Assembly: GCA_964366925.1 (NCBI GenBank)
Contig: CAYIVX010000001.1
Coordinates: 1 to 54,509 of the forward strand
Direction of reading: 5' to 3'
Length of the DNA stretch: 54,509 nt
From: Candidatus Woesearchaeota archaeon
GTDB taxonomy: Archaea; Nanobdellota; Nanobdellia; Pacearchaeales; GW2011-AR1
In this document: in pieces, positions 43,242 to 52,139 of the stretch
How the letters are laid out: every line of letters starts with the position of its first letter
Numbering within the stretch: position 1 is the first letter of the stretch
Made by a program: the position numbers and the translations under genes
Notes under the pieces: generated by a model
Seen by the model: the letters and a program-made list of their open reading frames with translations, nothing else
What the model was told of the DNA's origin: nothing
Databases searched by the model: none

Positions 43242-43274
43242 CTGGAAATTAAGAATTTCCAGACTGTTCTTTTT
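43242..43274 (+). terminator. Hairpin plus T-tract (terminator-like) between rps24e and rps27ae
   Basis: CTGGAAATT-aag-AATTTCCAG is followed by ACTGTTCTTTTT. The same hairpin-CTGTTnTTTTT arrangement occurs at 22372-22392 and on the minus strand at 33264-33295. Confidence 0.4.
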
Positions 43275-43289
43275 GTGCTCAAAAACAAC

Positions 43290-43490
43290 ATGGTTAAAAA
43301 CAAATCAAAAAGAAAAAAAGAAAATCGTCCTACTAGCAAGAAATATAAGTTTTATACTATCTCTGGCGATGAAGTTAAGAGAGCAAAATATTGTCCCAGA
43401 TGCGGACCTGGTGTTTTCTTGATGATTGCTAATAATCGTTCTTATTGTGGCAAGTGCCATTTTACTGAGTTTACTGGAAAAGCCAAATAA
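43290..43490 (+). CDS. rps27ae: Ribosomal protein S27ae
   Basis: Zn ribbon: KRAKYCPRCGPGVFLMIANNRSYCGKCHFTE. The ATG at 43290 is preferred. Confidence 0.85.
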   Translation: MVKNKSKRKKENRPTSKKYKFYTISGDEVKRAKYCPRCGPGVFLMIANNRSYCGKCHFTEFTGKAK

Positions 43491-43543
43491 TTAACTTTTT
43501 AACTTTATCTAGAATCTAGTTAATATTATAACATTAAGAAGGT

Positions 43544-43864
43544 TTATTCTGCCGCATTAAAAGCTTCTAATTCGGCTTGGGATGTTTCATCTTCTCTTTG
43601 AACAAGAATTTCATAGGGTGTTAATTGTCGGCTATCTTGATAAGCTTCTTGCATCATAGCAAAAAGAGTTTCAGCTTTTTCTGTATCAAAAGGATTAGGA
43701 ATTGTTAGTGATTTAGCTGAATGTTTTTGATGTTCTAATAGGTAATTTCTATCTGTGGCTAATACTGATTGAGCTTTTTTGGTTGTAAATGCTTTTGAGC
43801 CCAGATTTTCTCTTTCAATATTACCTAGAAATTCATCATCACTTGTTCTTTCTATTAAATTCAT
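43544..43864 (-). CDS. Hypothetical protein (106 aa)
   Basis: ORF track entry. No family recognised. Confidence 0.45.
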   Translation of the reverse strand: MNLIERTSDDEFLGNIERENLGSKAFTTKKAQSVLATDRNYLLEHQKHSAKSLTIPNPFDTEKAETLFAMMQEAYQDSRQLTPYEILVQREDETSQAELEAFNAAE

Positions 43865-44338
43865 TATATCTTCACATAAATTTGCTTTAAAAGGATTATG
43901 GTTAGGGAAAGATATATTTGAAATAAGCTTAAAAGATTTTGGTTCTCATTTAAGAAATGAGAATATACAGAAAATCACTATTTTCTGTCTATAGACAATT
44001 CTGAGAATCTAGTTGCAAATAGTTCAGAATTCTCTAAAAGGCAATTCTTTAAAATGTGCAGTATAATCTCTAGAATTGCCTATAATAAAAATCTAGACGC
44101 ACCTTAGAGAATTACTAATTCTCTAATTCATTCAAAATCATTGTTTTTGAAGACTTCGGCGTAAGCTTGAAAGATTTTTATTATGTCCATAAATTAAAAT
44201 TTTATTTTAATTTTGGATCATACAAAAAACAAACGATTTAAAATAAATAAAGAATTGTTTTTTGATAAACCCGAAAGAGAGTTTGACTAAACCCCGAGGT
44301 TTTTTCGATTATTTAAAATTTTCTTGTTAAAAAATAGT

Positions 44339-45040
44339 TTATGTAGGATATTTAAGGTAGGAAATACCGTAATAACACATATATTTTTGATTAGTATCAA
44401 TTACTTTTTCGCAAGTTGCATTGTTTGCATTAATAATAGCCATTCTGTAATAACATGAATCTGCATTGCCGAATAATTGCAGTTCTTCTTTGCATACACT
44501 TAGATTGTTTGTAGTCTCTGCAATCCGTTTGTAACAATTATCTCTATAACCTGAAGAGGGTATGGCTTTTGGCTCATCTGGAATTATTCTGCATACAGAA
44601 ATATTCAAAGAAGATCTTCCTACTTCTTCTAAGCAAGATGTTTTTGTAACTGCAGTGATATCACTACTTTTTATTTTATCACATATTGTTGAATCCTTTT
44701 TTGCGACTGCTATCTGAAAAATGCAGCCATCATTTTCACATTTATCGGAATTCTGTTCAACAATAGCAATACAGTCAGGATAATTACTTATCTTTTGACA
44801 TATTGCTGAATTTTCTGTTGTCTTTGCAAGGTTAAAATAGCATTCTTCTTTCAGAATTCCTGAAGGAAGATCATCACAAGTTTTAATTTCTGGAGGATAT
44901 ACGGCGGTGCTACTGGAATTATGGACAAAAATAAAATAGATTGCCCCAATAAGAAGTAATACAAATATTAAAATAATAATTTTTAGCCATTTAGGAAATC
45001 TTGATGTCTCTGCAGAAATTGCTTCATTTTCTTCTTCCAT
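44339..45040 (-). CDS. Membrane-anchored protein built from Cys-containing short repeats
   Basis: N-terminal TM, then ~6 repeats of C(Y/I)(F/Y)xxAxxxxNxxxCxxI type (CYFNLAKTTENSAICQKI, CIFQIAVAKKDSTICDKI, CYKRIAETTNNLSVCKE, CYYRMAIINANNATCEKV). Confidence 0.6.
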   Translation of the reverse strand: MEEENEAISAETSRFPKWLKIIILIFVLLLIGAIYFIFVHNSSSTAVYPPEIKTCDDLPSGILKEECYFNLAKTTENSAICQKISNYPDCIAIVEQNSDKCENDGCIFQIAVAKKDSTICDKIKSSDITAVTKTSCLEEVGRSSLNISVCRIIPDEPKAIPSSGYRDNCYKRIAETTNNLSVCKEELQLFGNADSCYYRMAIINANNATCEKVIDTNQKYMCYYGISYLKYPT

Positions 45041-45272
45041 GTCTTTCTTAAGAAAACATACTATTTAAATCCTATTTTTCAGGGTTGAAATAAACCCGAA
45101 AGAGAGGCTTGAGACGTAAAAAATAGTACATCTTTTGCCTCTCCTTGGGAAAAAGAGGTGATAATATATCTAAATAAAATGTATATTTAAACCTTTTGGT
45201 TGTGTTGTAATTTAGTAGTGACAATAAGCTCTTTAGAAGAGAATTTATATATTCCTTTCTTTTAATTTTTAT

Positions 45273-46391
45273 ATGGAAGAAAATGAGGCAAAAGATGCGA
45301 TTAGCAGTATTCCTGACGTTGAGATAAAAAGAAAACCCGAACATCCAGTTCACAATCAGGTGTATAATATCGTTCTTGGTAAAGACCCTTCTTGGCAGGG
45401 GATTATTTATGATTTAATTGCAAGTGAACAGCTTGACCCTTGGAATATTGATATTTCTGTTCTTTGCAGAAGTTATTTTGAAAAGATAAAGATTCTTGAG
45501 GAAAATAATTTTCATATTTCTAGTAAGATGCTTCTTGCTGCTGCACTTTTGCTTAGGATAAAGTCTGAAATTTTGCTTAATAAGTATATCCGGGATATTG
45601 ATAATATTTTGTTTCCTCATGAAGAAGAAGTTAAAAGAATTATTGAGAGAATTGAAATAGATGAAAATGAAATTCCTGTTCTTTCTCCTAAAACTCCCCT
45701 TCCACGATTTAAGAAAGTTACTCTTCAGGAGCTTATTGATGCATTAGATACTGCAATTAAAACTGAAGGTAGAAGAATTGATAAAGAAATTCAGAAAAAA
45801 CAGGCTGAAAGATTATCTCATGTTGATATTCCTAAATTTAGAAGAGTGAATATTAAAGAAAGAATAAGAAAATTTTATGCTAGATTATTATCTTCATTTA
45901 AAAAAGCTGAAATAGAAAAAACAATAAAATTGCCCTATAGTCATTTTACTGGCAATAATAAAGAAGAGCGGATTGCTTGTTTTCTTCCGATGTTATATTT
46001 AAGCAATCATGGAAAAATTTGGATAGAACAGGAAAAACACTACTCGGAAATTTATCTTTATCTTTATGAGCATTTTAAGAAAGCTTTTCCTGAACACGAT
46101 AAAGAATTAATTGATCCTACTGAAACTTTAGAAGATATTCCTGCTGAACTTATGGAGCAAATAGGTGAGAATGAAGAAGCAGAAGCAATCGAACTAGAAA
46201 AAGAAATTAATAAACTATCTGTTGAAGAATCGGAGAAAGAGAAAAAAGTTGAAGAGATAAACAAGGATTCAGTAAAATCTGATGATTTTTCTGACTCTCC
46301 AAAACCTCAGAAGTATAAGTCAGAAGATTTTGGAGATTTTGAAAATCCTCTTGGTGATTTGATTGACAAAGAAGAAGATTTGAATATATAG
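45273..46391 (+). CDS. scpA: Segregation and condensation protein A (ScpA kleisin) with acidic C-terminal extension
   Basis: LIASEQLDPWNIDISVLCRSYFEKIKILEENNFHISSKMLLAAALLLRIKSEIL is the ScpA N-terminal signature. The E/D/K-rich tail runs to 372 aa. Confidence 0.75.
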   Translation: MEENEAKDAISSIPDVEIKRKPEHPVHNQVYNIVLGKDPSWQGIIYDLIASEQLDPWNIDISVLCRSYFEKIKILEENNFHISSKMLLAAALLLRIKSEILLNKYIRDIDNILFPHEEEVKRIIERIEIDENEIPVLSPKTPLPRFKKVTLQELIDALDTAIKTEGRRIDKEIQKKQAERLSHVDIPKFRRVNIKERIRKFYARLLSSFKKAEIEKTIKLPYSHFTGNNKEERIACFLPMLYLSNHGKIWIEQEKHYSEIYLYLYEHFKKAFPEHDKELIDPTETLEDIPAELMEQIGENEEAEAIELEKEINKLSVEESEKEKKVEEINKDSVKSDDFSDSPKPQKYKSEDFGDFENPLGDLIDKEEDLNI

Positions 46392-46403
46392 TTTCTATTT
46401 AGA

Positions 46404-46518
46404 CTTCGTTTATTTAACGGATAATTATTAATAATGTAACCCACTTTAGAAGGTAAGTTTGAGCTTAATTGGGTTGGAAATGCCTAACAAGTCGAATTTG
46501 GTTTATTGAATTAATAAT
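46404..46518 (+). repeat. Family-1 intergenic repeat, diverged copy
   Basis: CTTCGTTTATTTAACGGATAATTATTAATAATGTAACCCACTTTAGAAGGTAAGTTTGAGCTTAATTGGGTTGGAAATGCCTAACAAGTCGAATTTGGTTTATTGAATTAATAAT is collinear with 23747-23860. Confidence 0.5.
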
Positions 46519-46555
46519 GTTTTTTAATGATTATGCTTGGCATAAATTACAAATT

Positions 46556-47185
46556 TTATCTTAGATTGTTGTTTTCCCATCTTCGCATAGCATCTTCTTG
46601 TATTACAATTTTATTACGAGGAATGCTAATATTCCTTTGAGGATATTTTAATCTTAAATAAATACCATAAAAAATGCCAAAGAAAATTCCAGAAACATGG
46701 GCGAGGTGTCCCACACTAGGATCGCCTAATCCGAAAACCCCAAGAATATCCGCACCAACCCAAACTATGGCTGCGATAAACATGGGCATGGGTAGATTAA
46801 ATGCCCAAACTGTCATTCCTGGACGCAGGACTGCAAGAGTTCCTATAACTGCCATAATGGCTCCTGAAGCCCCGAGGGCATTAGGATACCAATAAAAAGA
46901 GACGATATTCGCAAATATTCCTGAAATAATAAATAACCAAAGAAAATTTTTACTTCCAATAATGCCTTCAAGCATTAGTCCAAAAAGAAATAGGGCAAAA
47001 AGATTGTAAAATAAATGAGTTATACTTCCATGAAGAAATATTGCTGTTAAAAATTGCCAAGGTTGTGAAATTGCATTTGGAGTAAGCATGAATGTTCCTG
47101 TAACTCCCGGAACTATAACTTGAACTAAATAAATTAAAATACAAATTCCACAAAGCCATAATGTAATATATTTTTGATTTTTCAT
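46556..47185 (-). CDS. Rhomboid-family intramembrane serine protease
   Basis: HGSITHLFYNLFALFLFG, catalytic GASGAIMAVIG and HLAHVSGIFFG. Six TM spans. Confidence 0.85.
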   Translation of the reverse strand: MKNQKYITLWLCGICILIYLVQVIVPGVTGTFMLTPNAISQPWQFLTAIFLHGSITHLFYNLFALFLFGLMLEGIIGSKNFLWLFIISGIFANIVSFYWYPNALGASGAIMAVIGTLAVLRPGMTVWAFNLPMPMFIAAIVWVGADILGVFGLGDPSVGHLAHVSGIFFGIFYGIYLRLKYPQRNISIPRNKIVIQEDAMRRWENNNLR

Positions 47186-48342
47186 TTTGTTGCGAAAGTT
47201 TGGCTGACTAGAAGAGGAAATACTATTGTGGCATCTGCAAAAACTTTTACTGTTTTTGCTTGTGGAAGAATTTTACCCCAACTAATGGCTTCTTCTGGAA
47301 GAGCACCGGCATCACTGCCATCATATTCTTGTGCGGTGTTTATGTATACTGAATAGTCTAATCCATTTCTTAACATATTTGCATTTAGAATGGCGTGTTT
47401 AACTATTCCGGAGCCCAGAATTATTGTTCCTGATTTTTTAAGTCCGATTGTAGTATCATTAAACCATTTAACATCTTCTGCAACGTCAATTATAAAATCT
47501 GGATGCTTGAATTTGAAGAAATAAACATTATCGCCTATTGCTCCATCCGTAATACATGGACAATAAACGGGGATTTTATTTTTGAAGGCTTGATAGTAAA
47601 TGGATTTTGGATTATTTATTCTTTCACCCATTTTGTATATTATTTTAATAGGAGTTATGGGAATATTTGTTTTTTTCTGTTCTTGATAGAGTTCTTCTAA
47701 AATTGGTTGGAGAAATTTTTCAAAATCCACATATCTATCATTTGTAACAAAAATATTGCCTATTCTATTTATGCCTTTTTTACGTAATAATTCTCCGCTT
47801 GCTCTAAAATCTCCTTGATAAAAATCGCCTAGACATTTTATAAAATCTTCTTCTATTCCGCCCGTTGTTGTAACTAAAACATTTACTTTTTTATGTTCTA
47901 CTAAATAGCGAATAATATCTCTATTTCCTGAAGAAATCATGTTAGAAGTATATCCTAGAAATATGAATGTATTTTCTTTTATCATTTCATTAGTTATTTC
48001 TATTGCTTTTCCCAGATGGCTTGCTTGAAAACCTGAAGTTGATAATGATTTTATGATTTCATTGTAATTATTTGTTTTATTAAAGTCAAAACCTTGGATT
48101 ATTGTTGCATTTTTGATATTTGGTTTTTCAGCTTTCCTTAGAAGATTTTTCTTGGCCGTTTTTTCATTGCTGTTGTTTGATAGTTTTCTATCTGCTTCGA
48201 TTTCTTTCTGTGTTAGTTCTGGTTTTTGTAGGTCTACACCAAGATATTCCCGCTTTTTTTGTACCCTCTCACCATTTCTAATAGAAATTACTCTATAGTA
48301 ATATTTACGTCCATTTCTTTCTTTTATTTCAGTGTAAGCCAT
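47182..48342 (-). CDS. dys: Deoxyhypusine synthase with ~90-aa N-terminal extension
   Basis: GFQASHLGKA, FLGYTSNMISSGNRDIIRYLVEHKKVNVLVTTTGGIEEDFIK, GINRIGNIFV, and EAISWGK (Lys-containing C-terminal motif). Confidence 0.85.
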   Translation of the reverse strand: MAYTEIKERNGRKYYYRVISIRNGERVQKKREYLGVDLQKPELTQKEIEADRKLSNNSNEKTAKKNLLRKAEKPNIKNATIIQGFDFNKTNNYNEIIKSLSTSGFQASHLGKAIEITNEMIKENTFIFLGYTSNMISSGNRDIIRYLVEHKKVNVLVTTTGGIEEDFIKCLGDFYQGDFRASGELLRKKGINRIGNIFVTNDRYVDFEKFLQPILEELYQEQKKTNIPITPIKIIYKMGERINNPKSIYYQAFKNKIPVYCPCITDGAIGDNVYFFKFKHPDFIIDVAEDVKWFNDTTIGLKKSGTIILGSGIVKHAILNANMLRNGLDYSVYINTAQEYDGSDAGALPEEAISWGKILPQAKTVKVFADATIVFPLLVSQTFATK

Positions 48343-48429
48343 GATTTATGTTTTGTTTATCCGTAAAATGAACATTATTGTACGGCTACAATAGTTTAAA
48401 AGGTTTACTATGTGGACGTATAAACGTAA

Positions 48430-49587
48430 TTATTTATTCTTTTTAATATTTCTGTCAGCTTTTTTATACTCTTTTTTAACCTTATTCATGAATTCTTTGA
48501 ATTTGCCTTGTTTTATTGCTGTTCTTGATTGTTCCATTAATTTTTGCAGGTAATATAGATTGTGAAATGTTGCTAATCTCATTCCAACAGGTTCTAGTTG
48601 TTTTAGTTGATAACGAATATATGCTCTTGTGTAATTTTTGCAAACAAAACAATCACAATTTTCATCAATCGGTTTTTTGTCTTCTTTATATTCTACTCTA
48701 TCTATTCTTAGTTTACCTTTGCTAGTGAATAGAGTTGCTCGTCTTGCATTTTGTGTTGGGAATCTACTATCAAACATATCTACTCCTCTGCTGATTGCTT
48801 CTAGGAGTTCTACTGGATTTCCCGCACCCATTAGATAACAGGGCTTGTTTTCTGGAATTATGGATTTATGAACTTCTATCATTTTGTATTCATCTTTATG
48901 TTCTTCACCTAGTGCTAATCCTCCAATAGAGTAACCGTCAAAATCAAGTTTAGCTAGTTCTTGTGCTGATTGTTTTCTTAGTTCAGGATGTATTCCGCCT
49001 TGAGTTATTCCCCAAAGAAGTTGGCGTTTATTTTTTGGAATCTTTTTCTGTATCCAATCGTGATGTTTTTTGCATCTTGCAGCCCATTTAGTTGTTCTTT
49101 CCACTGCCAGTTTTATTTGTTCTTTTGAGTGTTCTATTAATGGCATTGTATCTAAACACATTGCAATATCGGAATCTAAATCAATTTGAATTTCCATATC
49201 TCTTTCAGGAGTTATAAAAACTACTTTATTTTCAAATGGATTTTTGAAATGAACTCCTGCTTCTTCTGATTTTACATATAAACTTGGGGAATACATTTGA
49301 AATCCTCCAGAGTCAGTAACATTGATTCCTTTGAAGTTCATGAATTTTTTTATTCCACCAAGCTTTTTTATCAAGGTTTCTCCAGGTCTAAGGTGGAGAA
49401 TAAAAGTATTACTAATTACTGCTTTGCAATCCATTTCTGCAAGGTCTGTTGATGAAATATGTTTTACAGAAGCTTTTGTTGCAACAGGCATAAAAAAAGG
49501 AGTTTCTATTTTTCCTGATTTCGTAGAGATAGTTCCTACTCTTGCATTAGTTTTTTTATCTTTCTTTAAAATTTTAAAACAATTCAT
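48430..49587 (-). CDS. tgtA: tRNA-guanine transglycosylase (archaeosine-type catalytic domain, no PUA extension)
   Basis: TPFFMPVAT, VTDSGGFQ, GGLALGE, LMGAGNP, and the Zn site CDCFVCKNYTRAYIRY. 385 aa. Confidence 0.85.
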   Translation of the reverse strand: MNCFKILKKDKKTNARVGTISTKSGKIETPFFMPVATKASVKHISSTDLAEMDCKAVISNTFILHLRPGETLIKKLGGIKKFMNFKGINVTDSGGFQMYSPSLYVKSEEAGVHFKNPFENKVVFITPERDMEIQIDLDSDIAMCLDTMPLIEHSKEQIKLAVERTTKWAARCKKHHDWIQKKIPKNKRQLLWGITQGGIHPELRKQSAQELAKLDFDGYSIGGLALGEEHKDEYKMIEVHKSIIPENKPCYLMGAGNPVELLEAISRGVDMFDSRFPTQNARRATLFTSKGKLRIDRVEYKEDKKPIDENCDCFVCKNYTRAYIRYQLKQLEPVGMRLATFHNLYYLQKLMEQSRTAIKQGKFKEFMNKVKKEYKKADRNIKKNK

Positions 49588-49618
49588 TGTGGTGATGAGA
49601 TGAAGAGAAAAATAAGGA

Positions 49619-49883
49619 TTATAAAACTTGCCTATTGCTTTTTGGCTTAATTCTTAATTCATATTCTATTTCTTCAAAAGGAGCATAGCCTGCTTCAAGT
49701 GCCATTTGACCTAGAATATATTCTGGGCAGTTTTCATTTAGGGTCTCTGAAACTTTTGTAAATCCGCTACCATGTCCAACTTTTCCCGTTTTTTTTTACT
49801 AGTAAAGTTTTATCTGACATTATTTCGAGTCCACTTAATTCTGGTCTTGCTATTGGTTCTTCGGGTTGATTGTATTTTGGCAT
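49619..49883 (-). pseudogene. ~88-aa ORF interrupted by a one-base frameshift in a T9/A9 homopolymer
   Basis: Frame A gives MPKYNQPEEPIARPELSGLEIMSDKTLLVKKNGKSWTW*. Removing one A from the A9 run (49788-49796) continues as ...VKKTGKVGHGSGFTKVSETLNENCPEYILGQMALEAGYAPFEEIEYELRIKPKSNRQVL*. Confidence 0.5.
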
Positions 49884-49967
49884 GTTAATTTATCTATTCA
49901 ATCTTATTTTAAAAGTAAGATTGTGATTAAAAGATATCTTTAAAATATAGTGATACATCATAACAAC

Positions 49968-50945
49968 ATGAAAAAGGGGAAGAGTAACAACGCCGAAATA
50001 GCTGCTATTTTTTATGAAATGGCTGAGATTCTTGATTTGAAAAATGTTAAATGGAAGCCTCAAGCATACATTATTGCTGCACAAACTCTCGAAAGTTTGA
50101 GAGAAGATGTTTCTGTAATTTATAAAAAAGGTGGAGAAAAAGCTATTGATGAAATTCCTGGGATTGGTGAAGGCTTGCGTAAAAAGATAATTCAGTACAT
50201 AAAAGAAAAAAGAATTGATGAATATGAGGAACTTAAAAAAACAGTTCCTGCTGGACTTTATGAAATGATGAAAGTTCCTGGTGTTGGTGCTAAGAAGGCT
50301 TCTCTTTTTTATAATAAGCTTGGAATAAAAAATATTGATGAACTTTATCGGGCTGCCGAAGAACAACGATTAAGAAAACTTCCTGGTTTTAAAGAAAGAT
50401 CTGAACAAAAAATTATGGAAGGAGTTAATCTTTTTCGTGGTCAGAAGGGAAGAATGCCTCTGAAAAAAGCTGAAAAAATTGCTAATTCTATCTTAAAAGA
50501 AGTTAGAAACTTTTCTGAAGTTGATGAAGCCGTTGCTGCTGGAAGCTTAAGAAGGAAAAAATCTACTATTGGAGATATTGATATTGTTGTAAGAACTAAA
50601 AAATCCGAGCTTGTTTTAAAGAAATTTGTTAAACTAAAATTTGTTAAACAGGTTTTAGGGATTGGGGAAGAAAAAGCCACAATTATTACGGGGGACGGAA
50701 TTCAGGTAGATTGCCGAGTCTTTACCGACGAAGAATTTGGTGCAGGATTATTGTATTTTACTGGAGATAAACAGCATAATATTTGGCTTAGAAAAATTGC
50801 AATAAAAAAGGGCTGGAAGCTTAATGAGTATGGTTTATTTGATAAAAAAAATAAGCGAATTGCTGGAAAGACTGAAGAAGAAATTTATGATGCACTTGGA
50901 ATTAGAATGTTGCCCCCTGAAAAGAGAATAGGGGAGATTAGATAA
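49968..50945 (+). CDS. polX: Family X DNA polymerase (Pol beta-like core, no PHP domain)
   Basis: HhH motifs IPGIGEGLRKKI and VPGVGAKKA. Nucleotidyltransferase motif GSLRRKKSTIGDIDIVV. LLYFTGDKQHN. ATG at 49968 is preferred over the GTG at 49950. Confidence 0.8.
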   Translation: MKKGKSNNAEIAAIFYEMAEILDLKNVKWKPQAYIIAAQTLESLREDVSVIYKKGGEKAIDEIPGIGEGLRKKIIQYIKEKRIDEYEELKKTVPAGLYEMMKVPGVGAKKASLFYNKLGIKNIDELYRAAEEQRLRKLPGFKERSEQKIMEGVNLFRGQKGRMPLKKAEKIANSILKEVRNFSEVDEAVAAGSLRRKKSTIGDIDIVVRTKKSELVLKKFVKLKFVKQVLGIGEEKATIITGDGIQVDCRVFTDEEFGAGLLYFTGDKQHNIWLRKIAIKKGWKLNEYGLFDKKNKRIAGKTEEEIYDALGIRMLPPEKRIGEIR

Positions 50946-51001
50946 GGTGTAGTTTAGTTACCAAGTAGAGGATTTATAAATAATAAACTCTTTTAATTAG
51001 T

Positions 51002-51943
51002 ATGAGAATAATTCTAGGGAAAGGATATCAAAAGAAGCTTATTTTAAATGCAAAAGAAAAGAATAATTTTACTTGGGAAGAATTGACTATGAAACTTGGG
51101 TTTACAAAACATTATTGGAGTAATGAATTATTTAATGAAAAAATAAGTATTAATGAAAAAACATATAGCTCTTTGTGTAAACTTGTCGGAGAAAATTTTG
51201 ATAAGTATATTGAAAAGAAACTGGATGATAATTGGGGTAGGTCAAAAGGTGGCAAGAATTCTGGTAGTTTTAGAGAACCAAAACTTTTGATAAAAAAACC
51301 TTCAAAAGAATTAGCCGAAATTGTAGGAATTATTCTTGGAGATGGAAATATTTACTCTAAGAAAGGATATTATTATGTTAGAATATGTGGCGATAGCATA
51401 AAAGATAGAGATTATTTATTAAATCATGTTAAACCGATGTTTGATCATTTATTTGATTGTAAAATGTATTCTATTGAACACAAAATAGCTAATGAACTAT
51501 TCATTTCGATTGGTAATAAGGATATTGTTTATACCTTGAAGCATTTTGGTTTGAAAGACGGAGATAAAATGAAAAATAATGTTAAAATTCCTAATTGGAT
51601 ATTTGAATCAGAAGATTATATTCGGGCATGTGTAAGGGGATTAATAGATACCGATGGTTGTGTTTGTCCTATTACTGGAAGGAATTATCCTTATATCTGG
51701 TTTTCATGTGCTATTGAAAATTTAAGAAAAAGTTTTGATAAGGCTATGAAAAAAATAGGTATTAAAACTTCTAAATGGAATATAAGACCCCCACGGACTC
51801 CTGATATTTATATTGGAAGTAAGGAGATGATTAACAAATATATTCAAACAATAAGTTTTAAAAACGAACGACATTTGACTAAATTAGATAAATTAAGCCC
51901 CCGTCGTCCAGAGGCCAAGGACACGGCCCTTTCAAGGCTGTAA
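51002..51943 (+). CDS. Free-standing LAGLIDADG homing endonuclease-like protein
   Basis: Two LAGLIDADG motifs: LAEIVGIILGDGNIY and ACVRGLIDTDGCV. The last 47 nt run into tRNA-Glu(UUC). Confidence 0.7.
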   Translation: MRIILGKGYQKKLILNAKEKNNFTWEELTMKLGFTKHYWSNELFNEKISINEKTYSSLCKLVGENFDKYIEKKLDDNWGRSKGGKNSGSFREPKLLIKKPSKELAEIVGIILGDGNIYSKKGYYYVRICGDSIKDRDYLLNHVKPMFDHLFDCKMYSIEHKIANELFISIGNKDIVYTLKHFGLKDGDKMKNNVKIPNWIFESEDYIRACVRGLIDTDGCVCPITGRNYPYIWFSCAIENLRKSFDKAMKKIGIKTSKWNIRPPRTPDIYIGSKEMINKYIQTISFKNERHLTKLDKLSPRRPEAKDTALSRL

Positions 51944-51969
51944 CCCGGGTTCGAATCCCGGCGGGGGCA
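51897..51969 (+). tRNA. tRNA-Glu (anticodon TTC)
   Basis: Manual fold: GCCCCCG/CGGGGGC acceptor, D GTCC/GGAC, anticodon stem CGGCC/GGCTG with loop CTTTCAA, T arm CCGGG-TTCGAAT-CCCGG, discriminator A. 73 nt. Confidence 0.9.
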
Positions 51970-52139
51970 TATCATCTTTAATGCATAATTGAGAGATATG
52001 TTTCTGGCTAACTTTTTGATATCATCGCCTGATGCTTGATTGAGAGCTTCGGCGGCAGGAGCATGATATATTTTTGTCACACTGAAGAATAATAACTGGG
52101 CGATGAAAAGACTTAAAAAGACTGCATCTTGTTTTAATT

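Noticed and set aside
45072-45353. 93-aa minus-strand ORF
   Set aside because: It overlaps the scpA start and the 17-bp repeat/hairpin region. The sequence is basic and low-complexity, with no motif.
49890-50366. 158-aa minus-strand ORF
   Set aside because: It is antisense to the well-supported PolX gene. Its composition (F/I/N/K-rich) is typical of shadow ORFs in AT-rich DNA.
51844-52080. 78-aa minus-strand ORF
   Set aside because: It runs antisense through tRNA-Glu(UUC) and the end of the LAGLIDADG gene. It has no start context or motif and is most likely spurious.
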